Virus record (IMG/VR): IMGVR_UViG_3300029873_000387
DNA: 45,640 nt
Direction: 5' to 3' (one strand)
From: a virus
Taxonomy: Duplodnaviria; Heunggongvirae; Uroviricota; Caudoviricetes
In this document: positions 29,550 through 38,780 of the stretch, piece by piece
Numbering within the stretch: the first letter of the stretch is position 1
Layout: every line of letters starts with the position of its first letter
Notes under the pieces: model-generated
The model's database searches: none
The model's input: the letters and a program-made list of their open reading frames with translations, nothing else
Told to the model about the DNA's origin: nothing
Made by a program: the position numbers and the translations under genes

Positions 29550-30209
29550 GTGATTTATATCAAGCTGGACGAGAGTATGAATCTCGTTATGACAGTGAAT
29601 GAGCCGATTTACCGGGGTGACAATCTGAATCAGAAAATCACCTATCTGATTCCACTGCGGGTTGGTGAAGTGGATATGCTGACTGCTACTCCGTATCTGA
29701 GCTACATTCGTGCAGACGGCGTGGCTGATATTGTTCGGCTGGAGCGAACGGAGGAAAAATATAAAGAGGCCTATTACCAGTATGTCTTTCCTGTGTCCTG
29801 CCGGTTGAGCAAGTATCCGGGCGAGGTATGTACATGGCTGCAGATTTTTTCTGGAACTCCCTCTAACCCGACAATCGCCAAGAGCGGTGAATGTCTGCTG
29901 TATGTGGAGGAGTCCAAGAACATGGACGATTATATCTGCGACCATCAGCTTTCTGCTATCTACGCCTTGCAGAAACAGACGGAAACGACAGAAAGCGGCG
30001 TGGAGACCATCCGTGTGGAAATGGAGAAAAAGGGCGACAACCTTGTTTATGATTCCGAAAAGAAGGTCTTGCAGATGTCGTCTAACGGCAAACCGGTTGG
30101 TGACCCCATCGACATGAGCGAGATGGTCAATGATGACGAGACAATTCATTTCGGAGAGGAAGACAGCGACCCGTCGGCAGATGCTGACGCGGTCATTTAT
30201 TTTGGCTAA
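29550..30209 (+). CDS. Baseplate / fibre-attachment protein (putative)
   Basis: 219 aa, BppU-like N-terminal region then coiled coil; ends with IHFG...IYFG. Confidence 0.5.
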   Translation: MIYIKLDESMNLVMTVNEPIYRGDNLNQKITYLIPLRVGEVDMLTATPYLSYIRADGVADIVRLERTEEKYKEAYYQYVFPVSCRLSKYPGEVCTWLQIFSGTPSNPTIAKSGECLLYVEESKNMDDYICDHQLSAIYALQKQTETTESGVETIRVEMEKKGDNLVYDSEKKVLQMSSNGKPVGDPIDMSEMVNDDETIHFGEEDSDPSADADAVIYFG

Positions 30210-30225
30210 TGGGAGGTGAGATGAG

Positions 30226-30588
30226 ATGGGTGTAAGAGTTGCATACGGCAAACGGTCAAAGATTACTGATGCGATTGCTTCAGGTGTGATACCAAAGGAT
30301 AGTTTGATTATCACGAACGACGCAGAGGAATCTGAACTGTACTTCTATGACGCTGCCGGAAAGATGAAACGCATCTCAGAGCGAAAACAGTTCGAGACCA
30401 TTAGCGAGGCGCAGGCGTGGGTAAAGGTCTACGACTGCGTGGGACATATCATTTCTGTGCATAACGGCTCTGACTGGGTTCCCTATATCGTTACGAGCGA
30501 CGGTGCTTTGACCCCCGTGGACTCCGGCAGCGGAAGCATTGAGGAAGTCAAAATCATCGACGGCGGAACGGCACAGGGTACTGAATAA
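30226..30588 (+). CDS. Tail fibre segment / adaptor (putative)
   Basis: RBS GGAGGTG; ends IIDGGTA. Confidence 0.55.
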   Translation: MGVRVAYGKRSKITDAIASGVIPKDSLIITNDAEESELYFYDAAGKMKRISERKQFETISEAQAWVKVYDCVGHIISVHNGSDWVPYIVTSDGALTPVDSGSGSIEEVKIIDGGTAQGTE

Positions 30589-30623
30589 GACCATTCTGCA
30601 AAATAATTTGAAGGAGGATAGTT

Positions 30624-31856
30624 ATGCCTAACAAAACAATGAAGACCAAGATTCAGGTTCGGCGTGACACCACGGCGAATTGGCTGACCAACAAAGATGT
30701 TGTGCCTGCCGCAGGCGAGCCCTGTTTCGACCTGGAACTGGGTACGCTCAAGATTGGCGACGGTGTTACCAGTTATGAGAACCTGAAAGAAATCAGCGGT
30801 GGACAGGCTGCACACTATGAGGGCGTAAAAGGCGACGGTGAGAGCGATACCGATGTTATCAGCCGTGTGTTGACAGCCGCTGGCGCCGAGGCGCAGAAGG
30901 ACGATATTTTTGTTGTCAAGGCTCTGATTGCCGGTGGCAAGTATTCTTATACCGCTTATGTCTATAATGGCAGTGTATGGGCTGCGATGGATGGCAATTA
31001 CAGCGCAGAGAATGTGTACTTTGCCGACGACCTGACCTATACTGCGGCTATCGGCGTTCTGACCGTTCCCAGTTCTGGCTCTGGCACGATTGCCGCTTCT
31101 GGCAAGAATGTCAAGGATGTGCTGGCTTCTATTCTGGCGAAGGAAAAGAATCCTACTGCTACCCAGCCTGCCGTGACGGTTACTTGCAAGCAGATTGCTG
31201 CGTATGAAGTCGGTTCCAAAGTTACTCCCGCATACACCGCTTCTCTGAGCGCAGGCAGCTATACATACGGCCCGGCAACCGGTATCACTGCTACTGCATG
31301 GAGCGTGACAGATGGTACTGCCACCAAAGATACTGCCGAGGCCTCCTTTGATGAGCTGACGGTCGGCGATGCGACCAGCTATGCTATTACCGCTACGGCA
31401 ACTCACGGCGAGGGTGCTGTCCCTGTTACAAACCTCGGCAATGAGTATGCAGCCGGTAAGATTGCAGCCGGTAACAAGAGCAAGGCAACAGGCAAAATCA
31501 CTGGCTATCGCAACAGCTTCTACGGTACGCTGGAGGCGAAGGATGGTGAAGTGAACTCCGCGCTGGTGCGTGGCCTCAGCGGAAAGAGCGGCAAGGCTTT
31601 GGCGGCTGGCAACAGCTTTAACCTTGCGATTCCCGTCGGCGCAATCCGCGTTGTGTTTGCCTATCCCGCCACGCTGCGTGATGTCAGTTCTGTGCAGGAT
31701 GTGAACGGCATGAACGCCGAAGTCAAGACCGCTTTCACCAAGACAGTCGTCTCTGTTGAGGGTGCAAATGGCTATCAGGCGATTGACTACAAGGTGTATG
31801 TGATGGACATGGCAAACGCCAATGATACCGCCAACACCTACAAGGTCACAATTTAA
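30624..31856 (+). CDS. Tail fibre segment with Mtd_N/hyaluronidase-N-like N-terminal domain
   Basis: KIQVRRDTTANW...AGEPCFD...LKIGDGVTSYENL; Ala/Thr/Gly-rich body. Confidence 0.7.
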   Translation: MPNKTMKTKIQVRRDTTANWLTNKDVVPAAGEPCFDLELGTLKIGDGVTSYENLKEISGGQAAHYEGVKGDGESDTDVISRVLTAAGAEAQKDDIFVVKALIAGGKYSYTAYVYNGSVWAAMDGNYSAENVYFADDLTYTAAIGVLTVPSSGSGTIAASGKNVKDVLASILAKEKNPTATQPAVTVTCKQIAAYEVGSKVTPAYTASLSAGSYTYGPATGITATAWSVTDGTATKDTAEASFDELTVGDATSYAITATATHGEGAVPVTNLGNEYAAGKIAAGNKSKATGKITGYRNSFYGTLEAKDGEVNSALVRGLSGKSGKALAAGNSFNLAIPVGAIRVVFAYPATLRDVSSVQDVNGMNAEVKTAFTKTVVSVEGANGYQAIDYKVYVMDMANANDTANTYKVTI

Positions 31857-31873
31857 CATGGAGGTGACGCATA

Positions 31874-33169
31874 ATGGCTGATTTCGGTAAACTGAATTTT
31901 GCGGTTTCATTTAATCCGCAGACTGCGTTCCCTCTGGACGCACGGTATTACTTCTCTACCCTGAGTGCTGCTCAGGCTGCCGCCGCTGCCGCTGTTGAAG
32001 TTGGCAGTTCGGACGGCGTTTATTTTTATGGTGAGAATGTCTGTGTTGTGACGGACTCCGCCGCAGACCTGTATATCATCCAGCCGGATAAGACGCTGAA
32101 AGCTGTCGGTACAGTTGTGCTGGGCGATGACAAGTCCATCGAAATCGTTGATGGCAAGGTCACGCTGAAGGGCTTCAACTCTGCTACTGCCGGTCAGCAG
32201 CCCCGCATCAATGCGGCAGGCACTGCGCTGGAATGGTACACGCCTGACACCAGCACCGTTTCCGGGCTGGCTGACACAGTTGCAGGCCATACACAGGACA
32301 TTCAGAACCTGCAGACCGATAAGGCTGATAAGGCAACTACGCTGGAAGGTTACGGCATCACGGATGCTATGACCGCCACCGCAATCGCAGAGGCAATCCA
32401 GACGGCTATTGCTGCCACCGGTCATGCCAGCTTCAAGAAGGTCAGTGCAGTTCCTACAGCGGCTGAGGCACAGGATAATGTCCTTTATCTTGTGATGAAC
32501 GCCGACACTGGCTTCTATGACATCTACGCCAAAGTGGAAAACGAAGTCGTCCGTCTGGATGATGTGAGCGTCAATCTTGATGACTACTCCACCACCGAGC
32601 AGATGAACGAGGCGATTGCTACCGTTATTGCCAACAAAGTTGACAAGGTCGAGGGTAAGGGTCTTTCTACTGAGGACTTCACAACTGCGCTGAAAGAAAA
32701 GCTGGTTGCTCTCCCCGAAGATGCAGAGGCGAACTTCGTAAAGAGCGTCTCCGACGAGTTTGCCGTTTCTCAGGAGGGTAAGCTTACTCTCGAAGCCATT
32801 GCACAGAGCAAGGTCACAGGCTTGCCGGATGCACTGGCGGGTAAGGTCGATAAGGTCGATGGTAAGGGGCTGAGTGCCAATGACTTCACCGATGAAGCGA
32901 AAGCAAAGCTCGACGGTGTGGAGGCCGGTGCAAACCAGAACCTGATTGAAATCGTCAAGCTGAACGGCGCTGCTCTGGACATCTCCGAAAAGGCCGTCAA
33001 CATTCCGGTTGCAGGTGCGACCGCAGGCGTTGTCACCAGCTCCGCTGAGGAGAACAAGGTCGCCGTTGCGGAAGATGGCAGCATGGAGGTCAACAGCCTG
33101 AACATGAGCAAGCTGGTGCAGTCCGAGGGCGATACGCTGATTCTCGATGGCGGTAACGCCTCCGTGTAA
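31874..33169 (+). CDS. Tail fibre segment
   Basis: N-terminal FPLDARY motif, TTLEGYGITDA, two KVDKVxGKGLSxxDFT repeats; ends ILDGGNA. Confidence 0.72.
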   Translation: MADFGKLNFAVSFNPQTAFPLDARYYFSTLSAAQAAAAAAVEVGSSDGVYFYGENVCVVTDSAADLYIIQPDKTLKAVGTVVLGDDKSIEIVDGKVTLKGFNSATAGQQPRINAAGTALEWYTPDTSTVSGLADTVAGHTQDIQNLQTDKADKATTLEGYGITDAMTATAIAEAIQTAIAATGHASFKKVSAVPTAAEAQDNVLYLVMNADTGFYDIYAKVENEVVRLDDVSVNLDDYSTTEQMNEAIATVIANKVDKVEGKGLSTEDFTTALKEKLVALPEDAEANFVKSVSDEFAVSQEGKLTLEAIAQSKVTGLPDALAGKVDKVDGKGLSANDFTDEAKAKLDGVEAGANQNLIEIVKLNGAALDISEKAVNIPVAGATAGVVTSSAEENKVAVAEDGSMEVNSLNMSKLVQSEGDTLILDGGNASV

Positions 33170-33185
33170 TCAAGCACATCGTTAT

Positions 33186-33210
33186 GGGCGGGAGCTACAT
33201 TCTCCCGCCC
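33186..33210 (+). terminator. Intergenic hairpin
   Basis: GGGCGGGAG-CTACATT-CTCCCGCCC perfect 9-bp stem; weak T-tract. Confidence 0.5.
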
Positions 33211-33244
33211 TATCTCTAAAAACATAGAAGGGTGAATGATATAT

Positions 33245-34711
33245 ATGGCTACAACTACTTTCAATACTCGTATTTCCCTGAAGTATGATACCTATGCCAA
33301 CTGGGTTGATAGAGACCCCGTGTTGCTGGCCGGTGAGCTTGCGGTTGTCGTCGTACCTGCTGCTACCGGCGCTGTGGCAAAGGAGCCCGCTATCCTGTTC
33401 AAGGCTGGCGACGGTTCTTCTAAGTTCAGCCAGCTGCAGTTTTCTGCAGGTCTGGCCGCCGATGTGTACGACTGGGCAAAGGCTGAGAATAAGCCGACCT
33501 ATTCCGCCAATGAGATTACCGGCCTGTCCGACTACATCTCCGGCGAGATTCAGGACACTGACACCCAGTACAAGCTGGAAGTCGATGCGGACAATGCCCG
33601 CAAATTCCACCTGTATTCTCAGGCAAAAGGCAGCACTACATGGTCTCTGGCGAGCACTATCACCATCCCCGACGAGACTGTTTACACACTGGTTGAGGGT
33701 GGCGCCAACGGCACTGTTAAGTTCAACGGTACTGATGTGAAGGTGCATGGTCTGGGTTCTGCCGCCTACAAGGACGAGGGCGCCTTTGATGCCGCTGGTG
33801 CTGCCACCACCGCATTGGACAATGCCAAAACCTATGCTGACGGCAAGGACGCCGCTATTGCTGCGGCCAAGAAAGCCGGTACGGACGCTCAGGCGGATGT
33901 GGATGCACTGGAGGAATTGGTCGGCACGCTGCCCGACGGTGCAACTGCTACTACCGTTGTGGGCTATGTGGATGAGAAGGTCGGTGCTATTCCTGCACAG
34001 ACCGACTACACCGTGACTGTGACTGCTTCCACGCCCGAAGGCGTCGCAAAGCGTTACAACATCAAGCAGGCTGCAACCAGTCTGGATGTAAACATCGATA
34101 TTCCGAAGGATATGGTTGTGAAGTCCGGCACTGTGGAGACCAAGGCGGCGGCTGGCGATTGGGGCGCAGCGGGTACTTACCTGCATCTGGTTCTTGCTAA
34201 CGCTACCGAGGATGATATCTACATCAATGTTGACAGCCTGATTGAGTATGTCACTTCTGGTTCCAAAGTGGGCGACCAGATTGTGATTGATGTCAGTGCT
34301 GACCATAAGGTGACTGCCACGCTGACGGAGGGTTCCGTGACTCTGGCACAGCTCCACGCCGATGTGCAGACTGCCATTGGCAAGGCGCACTCCCACACGA
34401 ATAAGGTCGAGCTGGACAAAATTGCCACCGGCGACAAGGCAAAGTGGGATGGTGCTGTTGAGAAGCAGCATGAGCATTCCAATAAGACCATCCTCGACGG
34501 CATTTCTCAGGCCAAGGTCAATGCGTGGGACGGTGCTGTTGATAAGCAGCATGAGCACGAGAACAAGACCGTTCTCGATGGTATCACCGCTGCAAAGATT
34601 TCTGACTGGGACAGCAAGGCCGCTGGTGACCATGAGCATGACATTACCGAGCTGAAGCAGGCTTCTGGTTATATCATCTTCAACTGCGGCAGCGCTACCT
34701 TGAACATCTGA
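33245..34711 (+). CDS. Tail fibre segment with Mtd_N-like N-terminus and HxH repeats
   Basis: TRISLKYDTYANW...PVLLAGE...FKAGDG; C-terminal HSH/HEH/HEH/HEH repeats. Confidence 0.72.
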   Translation: MATTTFNTRISLKYDTYANWVDRDPVLLAGELAVVVVPAATGAVAKEPAILFKAGDGSSKFSQLQFSAGLAADVYDWAKAENKPTYSANEITGLSDYISGEIQDTDTQYKLEVDADNARKFHLYSQAKGSTTWSLASTITIPDETVYTLVEGGANGTVKFNGTDVKVHGLGSAAYKDEGAFDAAGAATTALDNAKTYADGKDAAIAAAKKAGTDAQADVDALEELVGTLPDGATATTVVGYVDEKVGAIPAQTDYTVTVTASTPEGVAKRYNIKQAATSLDVNIDIPKDMVVKSGTVETKAAAGDWGAAGTYLHLVLANATEDDIYINVDSLIEYVTSGSKVGDQIVIDVSADHKVTATLTEGSVTLAQLHADVQTAIGKAHSHTNKVELDKIATGDKAKWDGAVEKQHEHSNKTILDGISQAKVNAWDGAVDKQHEHENKTVLDGITAAKISDWDSKAAGDHEHDITELKQASGYIIFNCGSATLNI

Positions 34712-34732
34712 GACCCAATAAAATAAGAGCAA

Positions 34733-34765
34733 CCCCGTCGTGTGTTATGCACGGCGGGGATTTTG
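34733..34765 (+). terminator. Intergenic hairpin / terminator
   Basis: CCCCGTCGTG-TGTTATG-CACGGCGGGG followed by ATTTTG. Confidence 0.55.
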
Positions 34766-34785
34766 CTTAAAAGGAGGCTACCTTC

Positions 34786-35250
34786 ATGGCTGAATTTAAC
34801 ACACGAATCAGACTCAAACGAGATACGAGCGCAAACTGGACGAACAGCAACCCCGTCATTCTGGATGGGGAAATTATCATTGTTGATACGGCCAGCGGTA
34901 GCGTTCGCAGGAAGATTGGCGATGGGACAAAGACCTATTCACAACTCCCGTTTGATGATGAAGACATCTACAATGCGCTTGCAGGGAAATGTGACGCAAG
35001 CGTGTTTATCAATACGACATTGACAGCAAGTAATTGGTCGAACAAGCAGCAGACATTGGCCGTCGCAGGTCTTGGCGTAGAGCAGAACGGCGTGATTGGT
35101 ATTTCGCAGAGCATTACCGACGAACAGTTCTCCGCTGCTGCGAATGCCTGCCTGTATGTCTGTGCGCAAAGCGCAGGTTCTATCACGATTGCGGCCAACG
35201 GAACAGTTCCGGAATGCGACATCCCTGTTACTGTGATTCTGTTGTCTTAA
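34786..35250 (+). CDS. Short fibre adaptor with Mtd_N-like N-terminus
   Basis: TRIRLKRDTSANWTNSNPVILDGE...KIGDGTKTYSQLPF; C-terminal domain paralogous to that of the next gene. Confidence 0.7.
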   Translation: MAEFNTRIRLKRDTSANWTNSNPVILDGEIIIVDTASGSVRRKIGDGTKTYSQLPFDDEDIYNALAGKCDASVFINTTLTASNWSNKQQTLAVAGLGVEQNGVIGISQSITDEQFSAAANACLYVCAQSAGSITIAANGTVPECDIPVTVILLS

Positions 35251-35265
35251 CGAGAGGAGGCTTTT

Positions 35266-35667
35266 ATGAACACAACGAACTATAACCTCTATCTCGAAGA
35301 CGACAGCACGACCCGTTTCCTTGATTGGCGCCAGAAGATGAATGGCAGCGGCGATTCCAATATGGTGAAAATCGATAACGCCCTTGCTGAAAAGGCGGCG
35401 CTTAGTCGCGCAATTACGGCAACGCTTTTTGCGAATCAGTGGAATACGGATGGTGCGGTGTCCACCCAGACTATCACTATTGATGGATTGACGCCTGAGC
35501 AAAACGGCGTAATTGGTACGGCGCAGAATCTTACTGGATTACAGATTGAAACTGTCCGTGCTGCCGGACTTTATATCAGCAATCAGGGTGACGGCTTTTT
35601 GACGATTGCTTCTGATGGGGAAACACCATCGTGTGATATTCCCGTTCTCATTATCTTATTGGGCTAA
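35266..35667 (+). CDS. Short fibre adaptor
   Basis: TTNYNL...NMVKIDNAL fibre-type N-terminus; C-terminal EQNGVIG...CDIPV domain shared with the previous gene. Confidence 0.65.
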   Translation: MNTTNYNLYLEDDSTTRFLDWRQKMNGSGDSNMVKIDNALAEKAALSRAITATLFANQWNTDGAVSTQTITIDGLTPEQNGVIGTAQNLTGLQIETVRAAGLYISNQGDGFLTIASDGETPSCDIPVLIILLG

Positions 35668-35680
35668 AGGAGGTCAAATT

Positions 35681-37690
35681 ATGCCTATTATTTCCAACTT
35701 TCCAGGTGGAACTGGTTCTGGCGGCGGCCTGACACTTGGCGCAGTTTCCGACATCAATGTGCTTGTCGCTTCCGGTAAAACATATGTGAAGTGGACTGAC
35801 CCCTCTGACATTGTGGTGTCAGGTGCTGCACTTGCGTCATGGGGTGGCACCCAGCTTGTCCGCAAGGCCGGTTCTGCTCCCAGAAGCCGCCGGGACGGTA
35901 CGGTCGTGCTGGACAGCAAAACGCGAGACGCTTATAAGACTTCGTATTTCTGCGACAGTGGTCTTTCCAACGGCGTGACCTATTACTATAAGTTTTTCCC
36001 TTACACCACAGCTGGTGCCTATACGGACAGTGAAGAGGATGTATTCAACGCAACACCTACCGTTCAGGTCACAGGTATTTCAAACTGGAATGTAACAAGT
36101 ATGACAGCATCCCAAGAGGCCGGTAACGGGAAGATGACCGTTAAGTGGGCCGACCCTGCGGCGAGTATCACATCCGACGGCGTTACGCTGGCTACCTGGG
36201 CAAGCACCACTATCGTGGTGAAGGCTGGCGGTTATGCAACAGGCAAGGATGACGCTGACGCAGCATATACCCTGAAGGTCACTACTCGCAATCAGTATGC
36301 TTCCACGCCTTTGTCTATTACAGGACTGACAAACGGAACGACATACTACATTAGTTTCTACCCCGAGACTACAGACGGCGGCATCAACACATCCACCTCT
36401 CAGCGAACTACTGGTAAGGCAAACCGTATTACCATTTCCGCAATCCCTTCACAAAGCGGTACATTGACCTATAACGGTAACAGCCAGTCTCCCACTTGGA
36501 GCAACTACAGTGCTACCAAGACCACCATTGGAGGCACCACATCAGGAACAAATGCTAATAATTACAACGCTACATTTACTCCGACTGCGGATTATCGTTG
36601 GTCAGATGGGAGCACCACGGCAAAAACAGTTGTGTGGTCAATCGGCAAGGCTGCTGGCTCTTTAAGCATTAGCCCTACCTCCATTACGCTGAATGCCTCC
36701 AACAGGTCAAAAACGATTACCGTTACGCGGGCTGGTAACGGTGTTGTCAGTGCGAGTTCCAACAATACGGGTGTGGCAAAGGTGACCGTTTCCGGCACGA
36801 CTGTTACAGTTTCCAGCGTGAATGACACAACTGGCAATGCGACTATTACCATCAGTGTTGCGGCTGGCACAAACCATACCGCACCTGCCAGCAAGACCTG
36901 CGCCGTGACCGCATCCTTCAAGCCTACGGCTTCCACTGCGGCTACTTCTGGCGTGAATTATACATCCGGTCTTTCCGGCGTAGCAGCATCGGATGTAACG
37001 CTGTTTGCTGAGGCAATCTCTAACAACAGTAGCATCACAAACGCGACATCCACGGTGTACATTGATTTCGGCAGCGTTCATCGTAAGGTCAGTGTTGGCG
37101 ACCAGGTGACGCTCGCCCTGAATGGTACGAATTACACCTTTGATGTAATTGGCTTTAACCATGATACGCTGACAACATCTACTGCGTATGGGACTACCAC
37201 CAAGACCGGCAAGGCTGGTATCACATTCCAGATGCATGACCTGTTTGCAACGACCTATGTGATGAACAGTTCTAATACAAACAGCGGCGGCTGGAAGAGT
37301 AGCGCTATGCGCACCTCGACGATGGCGACTATGAAGGGGTATCTGCCCGCAGCATGGCAGACAGCCATCAAGCCGGTCAATAAGGCTTCCGGTACTGGCG
37401 GCGGTTCTTCAAGCGGTACGGAAACAGTCTCCGACAGCTGCTTCCTGCTGGCAGAAATCGAAATCTTCGGTTCCACCTCCTATTCCGTTTCTGGAGAAGG
37501 AACGCAGTACGCATATTACAAGGCAGGTAACTCAAAGGTGAAGAACAAGAGTGGCTCCGCTGGCGGCTGGTGGGAGCGTTCTCCTCGTTCTGGCAGCAGC
37601 AATGGTTTCTGTAGTGTCGTCAGCAACGGCGGCGCCTACGCTGGCTACGCCAACATCAGTTATGGCGTCGCTTTCGGCTTCTGCGTCTAA
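35681..37690 (+). CDS. DGR target: receptor-binding/tail fibre protein with two FN3-like repeats, Ig-like domains and a C-terminal C-type-lectin-fold (DUF6273-like) domain
   Basis: RBS AAAGGAGG; repeated VKWxDP...GLxNGxTYY units; NTNSGGW...FLLAEIEIFG...YAYY...WWERSP...GVAFGFCV; 3' end matches TR. Confidence 0.88.
   Translation: MPIISNFPGGTGSGGGLTLGAVSDINVLVASGKTYVKWTDPSDIVVSGAALASWGGTQLVRKAGSAPRSRRDGTVVLDSKTRDAYKTSYFCDSGLSNGVTYYYKFFPYTTAGAYTDSEEDVFNATPTVQVTGISNWNVTSMTASQEAGNGKMTVKWADPAASITSDGVTLATWASTTIVVKAGGYATGKDDADAAYTLKVTTRNQYASTPLSITGLTNGTTYYISFYPETTDGGINTSTSQRTTGKANRITISAIPSQSGTLTYNGNSQSPTWSNYSATKTTIGGTTSGTNANNYNATFTPTADYRWSDGSTTAKTVVWSIGKAAGSLSISPTSITLNASNRSKTITVTRAGNGVVSASSNNTGVAKVTVSGTTVTVSSVNDTTGNATITISVAAGTNHTAPASKTCAVTASFKPTASTAATSGVNYTSGLSGVAASDVTLFAEAISNNSSITNATSTVYIDFGSVHRKVSVGDQVTLALNGTNYTFDVIGFNHDTLTTSTAYGTTTKTGKAGITFQMHDLFATTYVMNSSNTNSGGWKSSAMRTSTMATMKGYLPAAWQTAIKPVNKASGTGGGSSSGTETVSDSCFLLAEIEIFGSTSYSVSGEGTQYAYYKAGNSKVKNKSGSAGGWWERSPRSGSSNGFCSVVSNGGAYAGYANISYGVAFGFCV
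37551..37683 (+). repeat. DGR variable region VR1
   Basis: Gap-free 133-bp alignment to TR 38399-38531 with 23 mismatches, all at TR adenines. Confidence 0.97.
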
Positions 37691-37743
37691 CCTCTCCACC
37701 CCGCCGCATTTACTTTGACGCAGAATGCCCAGTGAGCAAACAA

Positions 37744-37782
37744 GGGCAGCCCGCTCTCCCCGGTCAGGGGAGACGGCTGCCC
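37744..37782 (+). promoter_or_regulatory. GC-rich hairpin downstream of VR1 (candidate DGR target-recognition hairpin)
   Basis: GGGCAGCC...TCTCCCC-GGTCA-GGGGAGA...GGCTGCCC, 54 bp after the target stop; no T-tract. Confidence 0.65.
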
Positions 37783-37873
37783 GTATGCCGCATTGTGTAA
37801 GGGGTACACCCCTTGCGGTTAGAGGTGTGGGAATCCCATTCGCATAAGTAAAACGGAAGAAAAGGAGGAAAGA

Positions 37874-38341
37874 ATGTCCGTATATAAATCAAAGCGCAGT
37901 ACGAGCGCAATCCAGTATGTCGAGAACGCACGGCAACTACAGGTGTTTACCATCAAGAATTGCGTGAAGTTCCCCAAACGATATACCTATATTGTCGTGC
38001 AGAAAATTGCGAATCTTGTGGAAGACATTGACACCCATGTGCGTGTGGCAGAATCAATGATGCCGACCAATCTGCATGAAGCACAGCTAAAGCGTGATGA
38101 GCTCACTTACACTTTCGGCTTGCTCAACAGCTTAGATGATAAGCTTCAGCTGATGTATGACATCGTTTCGGACAACCCAAATTTCAAGACGGAGTTTAAG
38201 TGGTTGCCTAACGCCATGCTTGAATGGGGTCGGCTCATCCAGAAGGAGCGTGACCTTATTACGGGCGTCAAGAAAGCAGACCGGAAACGGTTCAAGGAAA
38301 AATTCAAGGAATACGAAGATAACAGTATTCCGGCAGATTAA
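37874..38341 (+). CDS. avd: DGR accessory variability determinant (Avd-like four-helix-bundle protein)
   Basis: 155 aa, basic, helical, MSVYKSKRS N-terminus and KFPKRYTY motif; located between VR and TR. Confidence 0.8.
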   Translation: MSVYKSKRSTSAIQYVENARQLQVFTIKNCVKFPKRYTYIVVQKIANLVEDIDTHVRVAESMMPTNLHEAQLKRDELTYTFGLLNSLDDKLQLMYDIVSDNPNFKTEFKWLPNAMLEWGRLIQKERDLITGVKKADRKRFKEKFKEYEDNSIPAD

Positions 38342-38398
38342 GTTTCTCTAAGGTCAAGTCTCGTCTTGTTGTGTTCTGTGGGCTTTTGGACTGCTGTG

Positions 38399-38531
38399 GT
38401 GGCTCCGCTAACAACTGGTGGGAGCGTTCTCCTAATTCTGGCAACAGCAATAATTTCTGTAATGTCAACAGCAACGGCAACGCCAACAATAACAACGCCA
38501 ACAACAGTAATGGCGTCGCTTTCGGATTCTG
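38399..38531 (+). ncRNA. DGR template repeat (TR)
   Basis: 17 AAC/AAT codons and 39 adenines; matches VR1 except at adenines; diverges from VR after TTCTG (IMH/IMH* boundary); lies between avd and RT. Confidence 0.95.
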
Positions 38532-38780
38532 TAGGTCTATAGGTCAATCAAAGTAACCCTCGTGGCGAAATTTGTACTTCTGCAGAAGGGAGACTTGTTC
38601 CTGTAGCATAGTGAAATATGCTCAAAACAGTGTGTCGATGATATGCACCGGATGACGCTTCTTGCATGGCCGATGAATACGGGAATAGTCGGTTTCATGG
38701 TGCGGACTACGCAGTTAGAACTCCCGCCTACAATAAGACTGTACGGCACACCCAATTTTCTTGTATATAAGGGATGATGT

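Noticed and set aside
30483..34732. Long minus-strand ORFs (e.g. 30483-31910, 33182-34732)
   Set aside because: Antisense shadows of strongly codon-biased + strand structural genes, with no recognisable motifs.
38371..38556. 61-aa Asn-rich ORF
   Set aside because: It is the translation of the template repeat (AAY codons); TR functions as RNA.
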